From Raillietiella orientalis (lineage: Eukaryota), in NCBI GenBank assembly GCA_036172245.1, contig JAYWIR010000012.1:1426001-1490000 (forward strand): DNA of 64,000 bases, written 5' to 3'. The position numbers and the translations under genes were made by a program. The stretch's first letter is position 1. Each line of letters opens with the position of its first letter. The notes under the pieces are model-generated. The model was not told where the DNA came from, did not search any database, and saw nothing but the letters and a program-made list of their open reading frames with translations. Of this stretch, positions 49,713 through 63,660 are shown piece after piece.

Positions 49713-50139
49713 ATGGTTCTATTCCTTTAACAGGTGGAGAAGCAGGCGTCGGTCGATCCGCTCTTCAGGGGGATTCACATCGCTCGTACTCTTGTGGGGG
49801 AAGGCGACGCACCAGACTAGCTCTCCAGGCACCATTTCTAGAGGTCTCCTCTTCCCGTTTTTCTCGAATTCGAGAGAAAACAAAAACAGAGAGTGAACCA
49901 CGATTTCCCCGATCTTCGGCGGGTTTCTTTTGGAAGGCGTCGTCTCTCGCTTACCGCGGAGCCCGCTCCTCGTGCCACACGGCGTCGGTGACGCTTCCGG
50001 ATGCAGAGCGAGCGAGCGATGCCGAATGAGACCACAGTCCGTCGCACACACGCGGGGCAAGGAGACACGTTGCCATGCCGACTGATGGTTCAGGAAACGG
50101 GGAGACCCCTAGCTGAAGGGAAAGTGGTCTTCGGGACTC

Positions 50140-51050
50140 TCTCCAGCTTGTCAAAGCGGGTCCACTTCTGGTTGACAGTCCGCTCGTCGCGAAGAGAGAA
50201 AGCGGCTGCGGATCATCTCTTCCTTCAATCGGCTTTGTGGGAAGTCTTTTGGGATGCAGCGCGACGTTGGGCCGAGAAAAGATCCACGAAAGTGGAGCTC
50301 CCGCGATTCGCATCACGGCGCATCGCACGCTAACTTCTTGGGCAGCATCGCCCGAGGATATCGCGCGCTTAACTTCCTTGATTCCTGTACTGCGGGGCTC
50401 CACCAGGGAATCGAACTTGGAGAGGAGGAACCACTGCTCCCGCCACTTTGCCAACTTTGATGAAAAGGAGGGAGAAAGGACAGTAGAAGATGCCATCGGG
50501 AAATCTCCTATGCCGGGCCCTGATCTTCCACTTCATCCTCGTCGCAAATCAATATCGAAAAGACCAGTCCAACTGTGCAGCCTCAGAAGCCATCCTTTCC
50601 CTGACGGACTTGGGAAGCCGAAGCACTGATGCCAGAAGGAGAGGTGTTTGGGGTTTCTGAGGCTGCTCTCGAAAATAAAGGCTGCAAGAAGCATCCGTGC
50701 TGAGTTAAAAGCTTCATATTTTTAAACAGCCGTCCAACAATAGTAAGTGCTGCCAGGCCGGATCGGGAATAGGCTTCAGGCAGGGACGCGATCTGATGCT
50801 CCAAGACGAGGGAACACGCGAGACAGAACGGAGACCCTTTCCGAGGAGTGACCATGCACTTGATCGCGAAGGGAGTCCCGGATGCAGCGCAAGCAGTTGT
50901 CACCACTGGTGTGTTGGGATCCGCGAAGCGACGAGCTGTTGAGCACGCTGCAGATCTCGAAGAAGCAAGCCGGATTGTCTCCGTGAGCATAGATTCTTCG
51001 CATCAAATTCCAGAGACGCCCGCTGGAAACACAGGATGAACCTCTGCGAA
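50140..51050 (+). mobile_element. Decayed LINE RT N-terminal region
   Basis: VEDAIGKSPMPGPD, KRPVQLCSL, IGFRQGRD and VSID motifs in order (RT domains 0-3). Confidence 0.5.
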
Positions 51051-52344
51051 GCCAAGTCCGTACTCTTAGAGGATTCATCCGGAAGGGAAAGCGGGATCTG
51101 AGCAGACGCTGGAGAGCCCTGCTTCCGGCTGCCTGAGCTTCCCACCGATTATGCATCGCCCTGTACCTCATCAAGGAGCAATTGCACTCCCTCTCGGCCC
51201 TAAATAATTAGGCGGTCAGATCAGAAATCGACGGGATCGGAAGAAAGGCGACTCGGTACTTGCCGGAGGCAGCCGATAGAGGCTCCAAGCCAAACAAAGG
51301 TAATCCGACAAGCAGACAAAGACCTCGGTGAGCTAGTGAGGCAACCACGAGCTCTCCTGGGATATTCCTGGAACCACTGCACTAGGATTTCGGACTCTCT
51401 CATGGGGGAGCAATGAAGGCAACAGTGTAGCACACTGCAAGCACCTTGCTCGTTCCCTGCTGGCTGGATAGAGCGCAGGAGCGGATGCAGGGATAGCAAG
51501 CAATGGAGGGAGGAGTTCGACGAAAGCGTCAATCGCCACGCAGTTCCTCGCGTAGAAGTTCCTCACGGGAGCAAGGTGATCCATCTCAAAAGAGCTGGAC
51601 GATCCCTTGTTCTTTTAGAAGTCCGGAGGACCCTCCTCGAGCTCTTCAGCACCGCAAGGTGAGCCAGCCTGCGCCGGAGACGACTCGCGCGGCTATTCAG
51701 GAACATCGAAGGATGCCCTCGCATGCTAAGGACCGTCCTGTTCCGGAAGCGCTCAAAACTTGCGAGGAGCCATCTACCCTTCACCTCGGTCATTCCTTGT
51801 TTCCGAAGCAACAGGGAATCAGTCACGGTTTCTCCATCTGCTTTCTTGCTCCTTTGTATCCGGTTGCTGCACTCACCGAGCTGCGAGCATGTAAGCCGAC
51901 CCGCGGCTCGATTGAGTCCGCAGCTTCGACCCTGGACCTCTCACTGAGAGGCTCGGAGTCCCTGACACCGTAAGCTTTGGTGTGCCGACCTCCGATCGCT
52001 CTTGGAACTGCAGCTACGCTGGCGCTTCTCCGTGGCTCTAGTCTCAGCCTCTGGCGAGCCTCCGTCGCACTGCCTCTCTTAAGTGAGATGGCTGGATATG
52101 ACTTTGGATCACGCAATATACGAGAGGTCACTCCCGTCTTACGTACAGATACGGCGCCGATCTTGGCAACCGAAATGCTGAGGTTCTGAAAGAATCGTAT
52201 TCGGCTTCCGCCACCGTCCCGGAAGCAGTGCGTAGACCCACTTTGCTCCCCCACCTGAAAGTCGTGTCCATGCGAGCGCGGCCTTTGCTTTGGATCGGTC
52301 CCTGCGCGTTTCTTCGACGCTCTGTGCGTTCATCTCAGCGCTCA

Positions 52345-53025
52345 ACCCTGGTTGGCTGGGAAAGGACGGAGCGATCGATTTAGGGGTCGGAAGTTGATCC
52401 CCCGGGGTCCTTCCAAAACATCAAAGAGCGTTTCCCCTCCAGCTGTGGAAATGAAGACCTCCTCTTCCTCTAGGAGTGACCCTCAGTCGAGTTCCATGGA
52501 GCTCGTTGAAACTCCTTCGGGAAGTTGACCTATCCAGAGTGTCAAGAGCTGTGCTGCTCTCTTCGAGGAGCTCCCTTTAGAAAAATCTGAAAGCGTCCCT
52601 TTGGAGTTCTCTTCAGAGGGCCAGAACAAGGAGCGGTTTCCTTGCGGATTGCCTCCAAAAAAGAAAATTCCAGAAGCGGATCCTTCCAGGTTTCCCTTTG
52701 GAGAAGAAACGAATTCCCTCTCGAGGGTCCCTCCCCAGGAAGAGGCTCTCTTCTTGGAGAGGGATCAAGGTTCCCTTCGGATACCACCAAGTCGAGAGTT
52801 CCCTCCACGGTTCTCCTCTTAAGAACAGACTCCTTTCTCCAGAACCTTCTTGTATTCATAGGGTGGTTCCTCCGGTGTTGTCCCTTAGCTTGAAGAGTTG
52901 ATACGCATCCTCGGGTGACGTGGACAACTTGTGAATGACCTTCGCACTCCTAAGGAGGCAAGTGGTTTTCAGCATTTCTTAAGAACCAAAAAAAAAAAAG
53001 AAATCCCGAAAAAAAAAAAAAAAGC
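52345..53025 (+). mobile_element. SINE-like element 3' two-thirds with A tail
   Basis: Colinear body; ends GGTTTTCAGCATTTCTTAAGAACC-A12; 52726-53078 near-identical to 48631-48999. Confidence 0.8.
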
Positions 53026-53079
53026 TGGAAGGAAAGAAACGAATACAGAAAAGAATTCCAAAGCGTTTCCATCCTCCTC

Positions 53080-53600
53080 ATTACGAACCTTGAAAACGGT
53101 CCAGGCTGCGATGCTTCGGGTCGAGCGCGCTCAATGCCCCGAGCTGTTAGAGGGAAGCTGCGCTGTTTTTCAAGTGCCTCCCTTCAACGTCGTATCCCGA
53201 TCCAGCGTTAGGAGGTTCCAGCCCATCATTCCAGCTCAATTCTTTCAAACAAGCACGGGGGATCCTCCCGTGCCCCAAGGCGCCAAACGGTTGGCGGGAA
53301 GCCGCATTACCCTTCAACCGTCCGGCTTCCGTATCTGCTGCCCTGCTTTATCTTCGGTGCAGTGATAAACGCCGATGCAAGCTACAACGTGATCCCGCGT
53401 TTCGTTGATCTCTAATTTCGGATCTGGAGACGCTCTTCTGAAGTACCGTTTCGAAACCAGGGGAGCAATAAATCTCCAATTTTTTGAAGGTTCACTTAAG
53501 ATACCTTCTGGTCCTTTACCCGCGTAGGAACTCGGAGCCATCTTGAGAGGCAGATCCTGTTCCAAACCAACACGCGATCCATCCAATACGCATCTCCCTT
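53080..53600 (-). mobile_element. Possible LINE RT remnant
   Basis: AGKGPEGILSE (KAPGPDGI-like), ANRLAP, N*AGM (NQxGF-like). Confidence 0.3.
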
Positions 53601-56042
53601 CCTGTTTCTTCCAAAAATCTTAATGGAGGAATTGAGCAGAAGACAATTAAATTTCCCGTATCGATTTTCCTGATGCTTCGTGTGTTGGACGAACGCCGGT
53701 GGCACCGGGGAACAAAAACACACGCGCGCGCACTCACGCATACGTGCATGCGGGAAAATGCCAGCCGGGGAAGGTGGAAGCCCTTGGCGTGGCCGATTCC
53801 CTCGCTTCCCGCTTCCGCCTCGATTTTCACCTCCGGTTGTTCGGGGTGGGAAAGGGGGAGGGGGAAAGAAGCGCTGAAAAGGCGACAGAGAGCATCGCCA
53901 CGGGAGTCGCCACTCCCGTGGTGGACCCAGGATTCCCGGTTCTTACCTACGCCATTCACGCTCCCACACGCTTTCACAGCAATCCCCCGACAGTGACGGG
54001 CTGCCGAGGGCATCGCCCAAGGCAATTTGGTCGGCATCGGGGCCGCTGGTACGCGCTCGCTCCCAACGCACGTCACGGAGCAGCCTCTGCAAAGATGAGG
54101 ACATTGGAACGGAGCCTGGACAGCACGCGGAGGTTCTTCCAGAAAAGGTGGGAGTTTCATGGAAGAGGGAAACGAATTCATAGAGACGCAAGGACGATAC
54201 CTGGGACGACAACCACCTCCGTCCTGCTTTTGCATGTGTGCACACGCAAGTGCCCTTGGACTTGATGTCAACTTTTTGGAACTCATTCCCTCAATCATCG
54301 CATTCCCCAGACCATTACGAGTCAGGTACGTGGGTCTTTCTCCGCAAGCTCCAGCTCAGCCAGGCTCCCACACCGACTTCCTGCTTTTCCAGGTATCTTC
54401 TGACCACTCGCAAGAGTGACACCATCTTCTGGAGGTGAGGTTCCTTGTTGCCAAGGTCCAGAATTGATAAGCAGTCCAGTTGAAGGCACATTTTTTTCTG
54501 TTTTTGATTGACGAGATTGAGGGAGGAGGATGCGAGTAGAAAGCATATGATGTTGGGGTATAGGGAGGATGCTTTGAAAAGTCCTCCTCTCGAGGAAGGG
54601 GACACTATCCCAGCAAACCACGAGATACTTAACAGGTGAGAGTGGCCGCCCGCCGCCGCAGGAGTCCCTTAGAACTCCTCCACTTGGTCGCTTCAAGCAC
54701 GCCGTGCATGAGAAATCGAAAGTCTTCCTGGGCGTGGAAGGCGGCGTCCGCGCAGTGGTCAAGCGAGAAGTTGGGATTTCCGGGAGAAAAGGTGGCTAAA
54801 CTCAGCGTCCCGAGGACATGAACCGCCCGAGCTTCATCCAGAATGCCCTCCGACAGGTGCATGCAGAACACCTGTATGGGGAGCTGATAATTCTGTTGGC
54901 CCACCGAGAGGTCATTGTGACTCCAAACTCCCTGTCCGAGGAGCACCTCACTGCTGCTTGAGAGATGAAAATCTGATACTGCTCTCACTTCACAGTAGCT
55001 TCCACCTTCGAGGACACCTTGGACCTCTCAATTTCTTCAGAGTCAGAGGATGCCTCCAGAAAGCGTCTCTGTTGGAAGCCTGCTCTCTGAAGAAATAAAG
55101 CTGTCTGCACCTTCCCTTTCAAGGTCATCTCCGAAAAACAAATTAGGGAGATGCGTTTGAACACATCTGCAAAATGCGGTGCTCGCGCCTGGCAAGGGCG
55201 CGAAGCTCGTAAGGCATGCTTTCAGGTCGTTTGTGGCCGTTGCAAACGGTCACAATGCGGTCGCATGCGGCAGAGGAGGAGAGTTTCGACATCTGCTGGA
55301 ATTCTTCCTGGAGAATTAAAGATTGTTTCTAGGGCTCCGAGGGGCTGTGTGAGATGGGAGAAAATGATAAATAGCCCTCGAAGAGGCCATCGAAGAGAAC
55401 GAGCGGCTAGCGGTCTCTGCAATGGAAGAATTCTCCCCATCCGGCTCTGCAACGCAATGAAACTAAAGAAGCGTTGCTCACATCCCCAAGTCGCTGAAAT
55501 CGAAAGTCTCACTCTCGAAATCTTTTCGTTTCCTCCAGGAGTTACGAATATCAGAGGACCACTTTCAGCTCTCATGAGCGCCTTTTGCTGCACATGAGAC
55601 TGGGATTGCACACCCTGGGCGCGCGGAACCCGTACGGCACGCGTGCATCAGCTGATTTTCGCTCCTTTCACGGAAGGCGAGATCCTCACTCCTTCTGCAC
55701 ACCGATTCAGGAGCCACTGGGAATGCGAGCTGCATTGACATATGCGTGCACCAGCACACTTCCAGGCAACACCCGCATTATAGAATGTGCCCCCAAAACA
55801 CTTCCTGAGTGCAAATTAAGCGAAATCGACTTCTGTGTTGCTTGCGTTCCATCATCTTCAACAGCCTAGCTGCTCTGCCTCGACTCATTCACGTGACAGA
55901 GACGTAGCTGCTGTTGGTGCTTTTGGTACGAATGGTGACCCAATTTTGTGATGTTTCCGGCGCACTCCTTCTTGAAGGTTCTCTGCATCCAAAAGGTCAT
56001 TTCTTTAATGATGCGCTCGCCTTCGCCGCTTTCCTTTCGGCA

Positions 56043-56230
56043 TTTTTTTTTGGTTCCCTGAGTGCCTCAAGAACCGTCGCGCGCCTGGAGGCCCATGCAG
56101 CAGCTCCTTGACCCTGTTCCACGCCACCCAAGGGTGCGTGTAATTCTTCAAGACAAGGGGTACCCTGGGAAGGGATCCTCCCGTGAATCCAGAATGGGCT
56201 TCCCCGTAGAAGGGAGTCCGTTCCTGATGC
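56043..56230 (-). mobile_element. SINE-like element 3' end with A tail
   Basis: Minus strand: CTGGATTCAC...GGGGTACCCCTTGTCTTGAAGAATTACACGCACCC...GGTTCTTGAGGCACTCAGGGAACC-A9. Confidence 0.75.
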
Positions 56231-58649
56231 TTTTGTCTCTTCGAAACTACAACACCCAAGGCAGAATACGGACACGAGGCTGCTGCGTTCACAAGAAACG
56301 CGGACGATTCAGGTTTGGCCTATCTAGCTCTCAAGCTGGTCTCCGACCCACAAATCAGGCAAAAAATCTTCACTTCTTGTCTCAGAATTCCCCATGTCAA
56401 GCTTCTGCGTGAGCGCTCTGAAGAATGAAGCCCGGACCATCCGGTCGTGAAAGCAAAGCCTATCTGGCGAAAGATACGCAAGACAAAAATGAAACACGAT
56501 GTATCATGAGGTTTCTGCTCTTTCGTTTTGATTCTTTGGTCTGTGGGTGCAGTCGAATGGAATTCCTTGGTGCATCTGCTCATCTTTTCATGTGTCCAGA
56601 TTAGGATGCAAAACAGGGGAACAGGCGTACATGGAACGAATTGCGTCAATGCACAGGGGACGAAGATAGCATCTCCTCCAGAGGCACAGTGTTGGTGGAC
56701 ACTGGGTGCCTTCCGGATTCTTCTTTCATCATCCTGAAAAAGAATCTGTGAAGAAATTGCTTCTAGCTGCCTGCCCTCCGTGCTAAGGGTAGACGTTGAA
56801 TTTCTGTGCGCCGACGTAAATCGCGATCTGCTGACTTATCCCATGGGGACAGGGATGGAGCAGGTCATCGTTTTATTCATGCAGGTGGCCAAATCAAGTC
56901 ATGGATGGGGAAAGCGCGGAGAGTCTCACGTCAGACCATGGAATAGCAGCGGTGGAAGAACGACTACACTAAGTTTCCCTTGTGAAGACATCAAAAACAG
57001 GTCAACGGCGCCATCTTTAACAAGGAACAAGAGCAGCTCGAGGCGCGGCTTCGGAAAAGCAATCTGATTCTTTAAACTCTTCAAATCATCAGTCTTTTCC
57101 GTACTGCTAATTAGACTTGGAATGAGTGGATGCTCTGCGTTTTACTACCACTTTTGAGAGGGCGGTCAAGTGTCTTTCACGGAACCTGTTCCCATCAAGA
57201 TGCTGAATCCGATGAGATACAGAAATCCAGAACGAATGCATCCGTCGACGATGGCCGTTTCCTCAGATCAGCTATTCAACTCAGTCGTTTCCTCTCCCAA
57301 ATGGACGAGCGCTGGAGTTTCATCACAACAAAACGAACAGGCAGAAAATCCATGAAATTCGAGGAAATCGATTCTTTTTCCTCTAAGAATCAACTGCGCG
57401 GCAAATTCATCTAAGTGGAGAGACAGGATGCAAAATTTTCGGAAGAAGCAAACGTCCGTTAATCTCCTCCTCCTAATTTCAGAACGAAGCATTTTTTCGA
57501 GTTGCGGTCGTCAGCATTCCATTACTGCGACTACTTATCCCTTGAAGCTAAAGTGCTCAGGGATGCCTACTGCCTTTCTATGCCCATCTCAACAGATGTC
57601 GCAGACCAGAAACCCCTCGCCTCAACTTACAAATCCCTGCTTCCCAATTGCGTGTGCGTCCATGCTCTGAGTCTTTTCCGTTACCACTAGATCACAAAAA
57701 GAACCGAGAAGCCAACAAGGTCTGATGAAGAATACAGAACTGAACTTCCAGTGGGCTCCTTTAAAGTACTCGGAAATTCCGATTTCTCCGAAATAGACCG
57801 AGTCACTCTCAAAGGCTGCTCGCCTAAGGTCCTCCTCCACACTGAATCTCCAACGTTCTCGCTGGATTATTTGCTGCCACTGACACCAACAGCTGAGTCC
57901 GAAGGGGGCTCCAAAAGGAACTCACGCCCAAGTGCCCTCCTCTATCCACCATCGCAGCCCTCACTCGAGCCCGGGTTGAGTTGTCAGGGTCCTGTCCAGT
58001 GTGTGTCCAACACAGTCGATTAGCCCAAATTTCCAAAAATACTACTGCGGAGGGGTGAGTAACTCGTGCTATAGAAACAGAGATTTAGGCAGTCGAGACG
58101 ACCACCAGGGATGAAAGCACACAAGTGGTAGGTAGGAAGGTTGTTGAGGCGCCTTATCTACGCGCAACTCTTATCGGAACTGACACTTCCAAAAGCAATC
58201 CCAAGCTCCCAGAAGATCACCTCGGAGGCGGGAACCTCAAACAGCGAATTCTGACGTTCAAACGCAGCGTGACGCGGCCGGAAATCGTGGAAGGTTGCCT
58301 GCGAGTTGGAGTTCGGGGACCTGAAGGTATGCCTCTCCCTTTTGCCAGGTTTGCCTTTCCTCCCATGCCACATATTCCCCGAAGCGTCTGGCATCGAGCC
58401 TCCTACCTAGAGTCCGGACCCGAAAGAAATCTGCCCTGCGCCTTTGCCATTCGGTGAAGATACCAGTGGAAGATGTAGAGGATAACACTCACAGAAGTGA
58501 CGCACGGAATCTTTAAAAGGACCTGAGTCACTTACTGTGAAAGAAAAAGCCTTCTTCGATACGCTCACAAGCAGACAGACCTCCATCGAGGGGTGGTCGC
58601 TTGCCCGCGCCGGTATCCTCCAGACTTTCGCATCGCCGTTCGCCGATGC

Positions 58650-59320
58650 GAGTCACCTCCGATAGATGACGTCATGGCACTTCCGTCCGTTCGTTTTTGC
58701 CTCTGCTTCCTTCATGAGGATTATCGTCTTCCTCCCTCCGTTTTCTTCGCGAATAACAGAAAGATCCGAGGAAAAACAGCTCGGGTTATCTTGAGGATGC
58801 GTGCATACTGGGAACCGAGGGCAGCTGACGCGTCAAGGGCAGCCGAGCGGGCTCCAATAACCTCGGCGAAGAGAGTCATTCTGCTTCGCGGCCTGACATC
58901 GTTCGGCCATCGCTCCGAAGTCAATGGCTTCCAACGGAACGGTTGCCAAGAGCAGTTTCCCATTTGCTGAGGCAACCGTTTGGACCGACAGGAGCCTAGG
59001 CAGCTGCAGTTCCCTCCTGAAGAGGAGGAACAGCAGCATCAGCTTCGGGTGCGGCCTCGTCGCCCTTTTGAAGGAAGGTGCTGTGCGCGTCTACAGAGAT
59101 CTTCTGCCCCGCTGTTGGGATCCTCAAGAGCCACGAGCGGTGGTCCGACGCTAATGGCTCATGGCCGTCGAGAACAAGCACGCAAGCACGTCGAGATCCC
59201 GATTCGTCCTTCTTCCGGGGACCTCTTAGCTGACTGGCGCTCGTTCGAAACGCGTTCCTGGGTCGGGATCGCATGGAACCACCCGAGACGAGAAAGTCGG
59301 GGAGGAGTCGACTGTGGTGG
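58650..59320 (+). mobile_element. Possible LINE endonuclease remnant
   Basis: LCFLHED (FLQET-like), RVILL, LADWR...IAW...ESR motifs in order. Confidence 0.3.
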
Positions 59321-59449
59321 CGGCAGTTTGTTTTCTGGAGCCGTTGGCGTGGTCGACAACGTCGGACGTTCAGGACTAGGGATGCAGGGATGAGAAAGTC
59401 GGGAAGAAATCGACTGTGTTGATAAAGCAGCCCGCCAGAAAGGTTCGGA

Positions 59450-60130
59450 ACTTTTTCTGGGCTTCCGGTTGGCTAATCTAACTCATGGACATCTTCCAGA
59501 TCTTCGTCTCATTTTCTGTATCTCTTCGGCTTCACGTGGTCGTCGAAAAGCACGTGGTCGATGGAGCTGGACAATCGAGATGTTTTTGCCAACAGGATGG
59601 TAGCGTGCATTGCCATACACGTTTTTCCGTCTTTTGAACACCGATTCAGAAAGCTTCTTGGAAGAGCAGGAGGACGTGGAACTTCCCTGCAATGGGTGGA
59701 GAGGTCCCAGATTGTGCCGATTGCAGCCAGTTTCGCTCCCCATGATCTCCCAGAAAGTTTACCTTGTTTCGATAGGGTTGGGGGTTGCAGGGCGCGTAGA
59801 CATTTGTTACGGCAAGGTCGATTGAGTCAGACGACTTGAACACAAGCTGGTCAACCCGCCCGCCCCCGTCGAAGCGATTGGATCTCTGCTTTATGTGCAG
59901 CTTGAGGAGGAATGCGATCCCACAAGTTGGTGCAGAGCCGGGTTTTCGCCTCAAGAGTTCCTCCTGAGAATTGTTAAAGTCGTGAATCGTCTTCCTGGAG
60001 AACCCATGCATTTCCTGCAAAAACTACGAGATCGAAACTTCGAGATCGGTGATTCCGCGATCGCGCGCTCCTCTTCGTCGTTTGCCAACCCGTAGATGTT
60101 CCATACAACCATGTAGGTCGTGAGCACAGA
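59450..60130 (-). mobile_element. LINE APE endonuclease domain (pseudogenised ORF2 start)
   Basis: VVWNIYGL, LQEMH, GIAFLL, DGGGRV, VTNVYAP, IAGKFH (GDFN) and SSIDHVLF motifs in canonical order across frameshifts. Confidence 0.85.
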
Positions 60131-60519
60131 GGCTGAGACTCCCATTATGCCCTGGAATCCCTGTCGTATTTTCCTTCCTTCCTCGAGGAGGGGAGATCGC
60201 CCAGCCGCAGGCGGAGCAGAAGCCAAGGACTCATCGGGAAGATTGGCAGCACATTGTTTCCCCAGCATTGCTTCGGAGGGACTTACCGTTCCTAACGTGT
60301 CCTCACTGTAGGTCACTTCCCTCCTGGGAGCTTTGCAATGCGGCCCACTGGCAGGCTCGCTCGATCCCTCGACGTTGCTGTTGGAAGCCTTCGAGTCCTA
60401 GATGACCTTTTGGGGGGTCGCTCTTTCTTTTGGAAGCTCCAGCTCCGAATGAGTCGTGCAAGGGTGGCACAGTGCCAGTCGTCTCCCTATTTAACACCTG
60501 CACACTTTCTTCCCTAGAG

Positions 60520-60700
60520 GTTTTGTGCTCGTTCATCCCGGGACATTTATTTAAAAGTACATAAATTACAAGTTATAAGGAAGTCACACAAAAAAAGGAG
60601 TTCAAGGGGAATCATCGGCTTATAAGGGAGTTAGGAGCGGGAGGGACAGGGAACTTTGGTTTTAGTTGCTCCATTCTTCCTAGAACTGACGCTAAATACT
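60520..60700 (-). mobile_element. LINE 3' terminus remnant
   Basis: Minus strand: TTTTAAATAAATGTCCCGGGATGAACGAGCACAAAA resembles the family terminus. Confidence 0.5.
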
Positions 60701-60759
60701 GGTAATCTCCGTGGCAACTTTTTCATGCAGGTGAGACCACTTCGCAGCCTTCCTCATCA

Positions 60760-63215
60760 AGGTGGCTGACATTCGTGTAGCCTCCCTTTGCTGTGGCCGA
60801 GACCCTATTATGGAGAGAGCCGTGACAATGGTACAGCACGATCACGGCGCCTGCCTCAGCCCGCCTTCCGTGAAGAAGTTCCAAACGGCGTTCTCCGGGT
60901 TGCGCAGCGCCGCAGCGAGTCTCCGCCGCATTCTTTTTGGGTTAGCAATTCAACAGGGGGTGCGGAACGATCCCTCGCCCCGCCTCTCAAACAATTTGAG
61001 GAGGAAACTCCCCCGAAAACCGAGTGCCTGCGCTGATTGCACTGGAGTCCCAGTGTTGAAACCGCAGAACATCCTGAGCGTTTCCAACGCAGCAGGAACA
61101 CGGAGTGTTGGCATACGGGGAAGGAACCGCGAGTTCTTCGGGGGGCTCACCAAGCAGGTCACTAAGCGGAAAGCATTCGACTGCGCCGAACAAGAACTTC
61201 TGGATATCCTGGAACGCCTGGGCTTCCTGGCCTCTTTGACGGCCTTCCTGAGCTATTGCTGGCGCAACGGATTGACCACTACTACTTTCAGTGGACGAAA
61301 CGTGGACAGTGTGCCGTGCGACGCAAGATACGGCAGGAAGACAGTCTGAGCCCCTTGCTCTTCAGTACCTACTTCGAGTTGATGCTGAGGGCGTACGGGA
61401 AGACTTCTGCTCGCCTGAACGCTCGTGCCTAGGCACAACGGCAGTGTCAGCATATGTGGATGATCTGCTGCTGCTCCTCATGTCTACCCCGGCGTCGGCG
61501 CTCGAAGATTTCTTCGCGATGTTCAGTCGGGGAAGAGGACTGGAGGTGAAAAGGGCGAAATCGTCCGTGGGCAGGGCAGCTGGACTTAATCTGAATCCCC
61601 ACTTTCCAGTACTTTAAGTAGCTCGCTGTACAGCTGGGGGATTATTCTACGGGTGGAGGCGTGGTCCAGCTACTTCCAGAAGGCTACCCAGAGTTGGCGA
61701 TCGGCCCGTTCCAGGATGGCAAGTTTCTTTTGCCGGAACAAGCCGCAGTGTGGAACACGTTTGTGGTCCCCCTCTTCCTCCCCCTGCTTTTTGTTTACCC
61801 TTCACCGAGTAGCATGAAAAGACGGACGAAGGACCTCCTGAGAATAGCCCCCTGGGACACAGAGAGGTTCCGAGTCCACCTGAAGGACTTGTGCGCTCCG
61901 CATTGCGACCATGGTCTCGTCCGGACTCTGGAGCGTCCGGGGCAGCAGCTCCAGTGGAGGATTATCCCTGGTAGCGAAGATGTGGAGCACGAACTGTTGC
62001 GAGCACGCACGGTACCTGGTCGAGAGAGCCACCGGCTACGCGGAACTGTCCTCGTTCCTGGCGTGGCGGCGCAGACGCAACGTGCCCAGCTGCGGGCTGG
62101 AGCTCCGGCGGGTAGCCAAGCTGACCTGGACCAACTGGATTCTCTGCAGGCCTGCGAACGGTAGTCTCTGGCTGCAGAAACCGTTCGCACACGGGCCAAG
62201 AACAAGGAAGCGAGTCCGGAGATGAAGTGCACTCCTTCTGCAGCAACTGCTCGCTGCAGAACGTCATCGTTCAGCTCACCACGTGCGCGTGGACGCAAAG
62301 AACCTTTCTAGCCGCAGCGCTGCCCTTCCTCAGGAAGCACTTGGTCAGTAACCAGCCGTCCACATGGGAGGTCAGTTGCGAAATAGGTTTTCGGACGCAG
62401 GAATTAGGTGGTTTGACGACGGGCTAGCTCACGAACGCTGCGACTCCAAGTGCCCCAGCGAAAGAATTATTGCGATATGGTGAGCAATCCTACAGGAAGA
62501 CATCGAGTGTCTTCCAGCAGTAAAGAACAATCAGTGGGAGATTAGAAGTCGAAGTGGGAGGAGGCGGCACTTCTGCTGTTGCACTGGGATGTCCCGTGCA
62601 ACGCTCGGCAGTCTCACTGGACCCGGGGGGCTGTGGAGTCCAATTGTTGCAGGTGTGGGGAACGGGAATCCCTCCTACACCCTTGTAGACTGTGTTGTCC
62701 TCCAGCCCTTGTGGTTGCGTTACTCAACGGCCCTGAAGGCATCAAAGGACAATCCCAGGAACGTGTTAAAGAGTTTCTTCGTGAGCGATGTCCTTTCGCC
62801 TGTTGCGCCTCTGGCAGCTCTTTGCTGCCTGCACGAGATTGTGGTGACCTGGAGCTACGCGAGAGGAGGACGGCATGATGGGGATGCCATCTGCTTTGCT
62901 TTGCTCTTCCTGCGGACAGCAGCAGCAAGATGGCCCCACCTGGGACATACTCGGATAAAGCTTGCCGGCATCCTGGGAAGGATGCAGAGGACTCCTCCCA
63001 GAAGACAGTGATCCCTTTCCGTGCATCCCAGAACTTTTTTTTTATTGATTTTTATTTCATTTTTATTTTTGTTTGCCCTCCCCCCTCCGCTGCCGAGGCG
63101 AACCACACCGGCCTTCATGCCGGTCCCTCAGCAGGTTCCGAGCATTTTCGGATAATGTAGGCCGATGACCCGACACATTATTTATAATAAACGTCCCGGC
63201 GTGACCGGGTGATAA
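60760..63215 (+). mobile_element. 5'-truncated decayed L1/Tx1-like LINE: RT, thumb, zinc finger, 3'UTR, terminus
   Basis: KAFDC..LERLGF, IRQEDSLSPLLF, AYVDDLL, GLEVKRAKS, EQAAVWNTFVVPL, CCRCGERES..LVDC; AATAAA 63186-63191 + CCCGG-CGTGA-CCGGG-TGATAA. Confidence 0.9.
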
Positions 63216-63329
63216 ACTGGGCAGGTCACTCCACCGAAGGAGTCTCTTCGCCCGAAAACAAGGAGTGGCGGCGTCGACCAACTCGCTCGTCTAGCAGCCG
63301 CCCAGGAGTTTCTCTACTCTGACAATTTT

Positions 63330-63660
63330 GCAGGACCTCCACTCACTCCGTCATGGTGCTCGATGGCGGCAAGGGGCGTAGCTACGCAGCGCGAATGCAG
63401 CGCCGACCCACTGCCAATCTGTGCAAAGAGGAAGGAAGTGTTCCCCACCTTCAGGGACAAGTCGATGGTGATGCACCTGAGGGGGATCACCGTCTCTATG
63501 TCCACCAGTGAGCTGGTGTGGCACTTTGCCGTCCATTGGTTTCTGAGCAAAATGACTATTTGCATTCGCACATGGTTCCAGCGGACAGAATGTTAAAGGA
63601 ATTAAATCGATTCCCCCAAATAGGATTCCGTTCCAGATACCAGGATGTCTTCAGAAACTT
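63330..63660 (-). mobile_element. LINE endonuclease N-terminal remnant
   Basis: DILVSGT, IVILL, IPLRCITIDLSLKVGNTSFLFAQI resemble the APE-EN N-terminal half. Confidence 0.45.
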
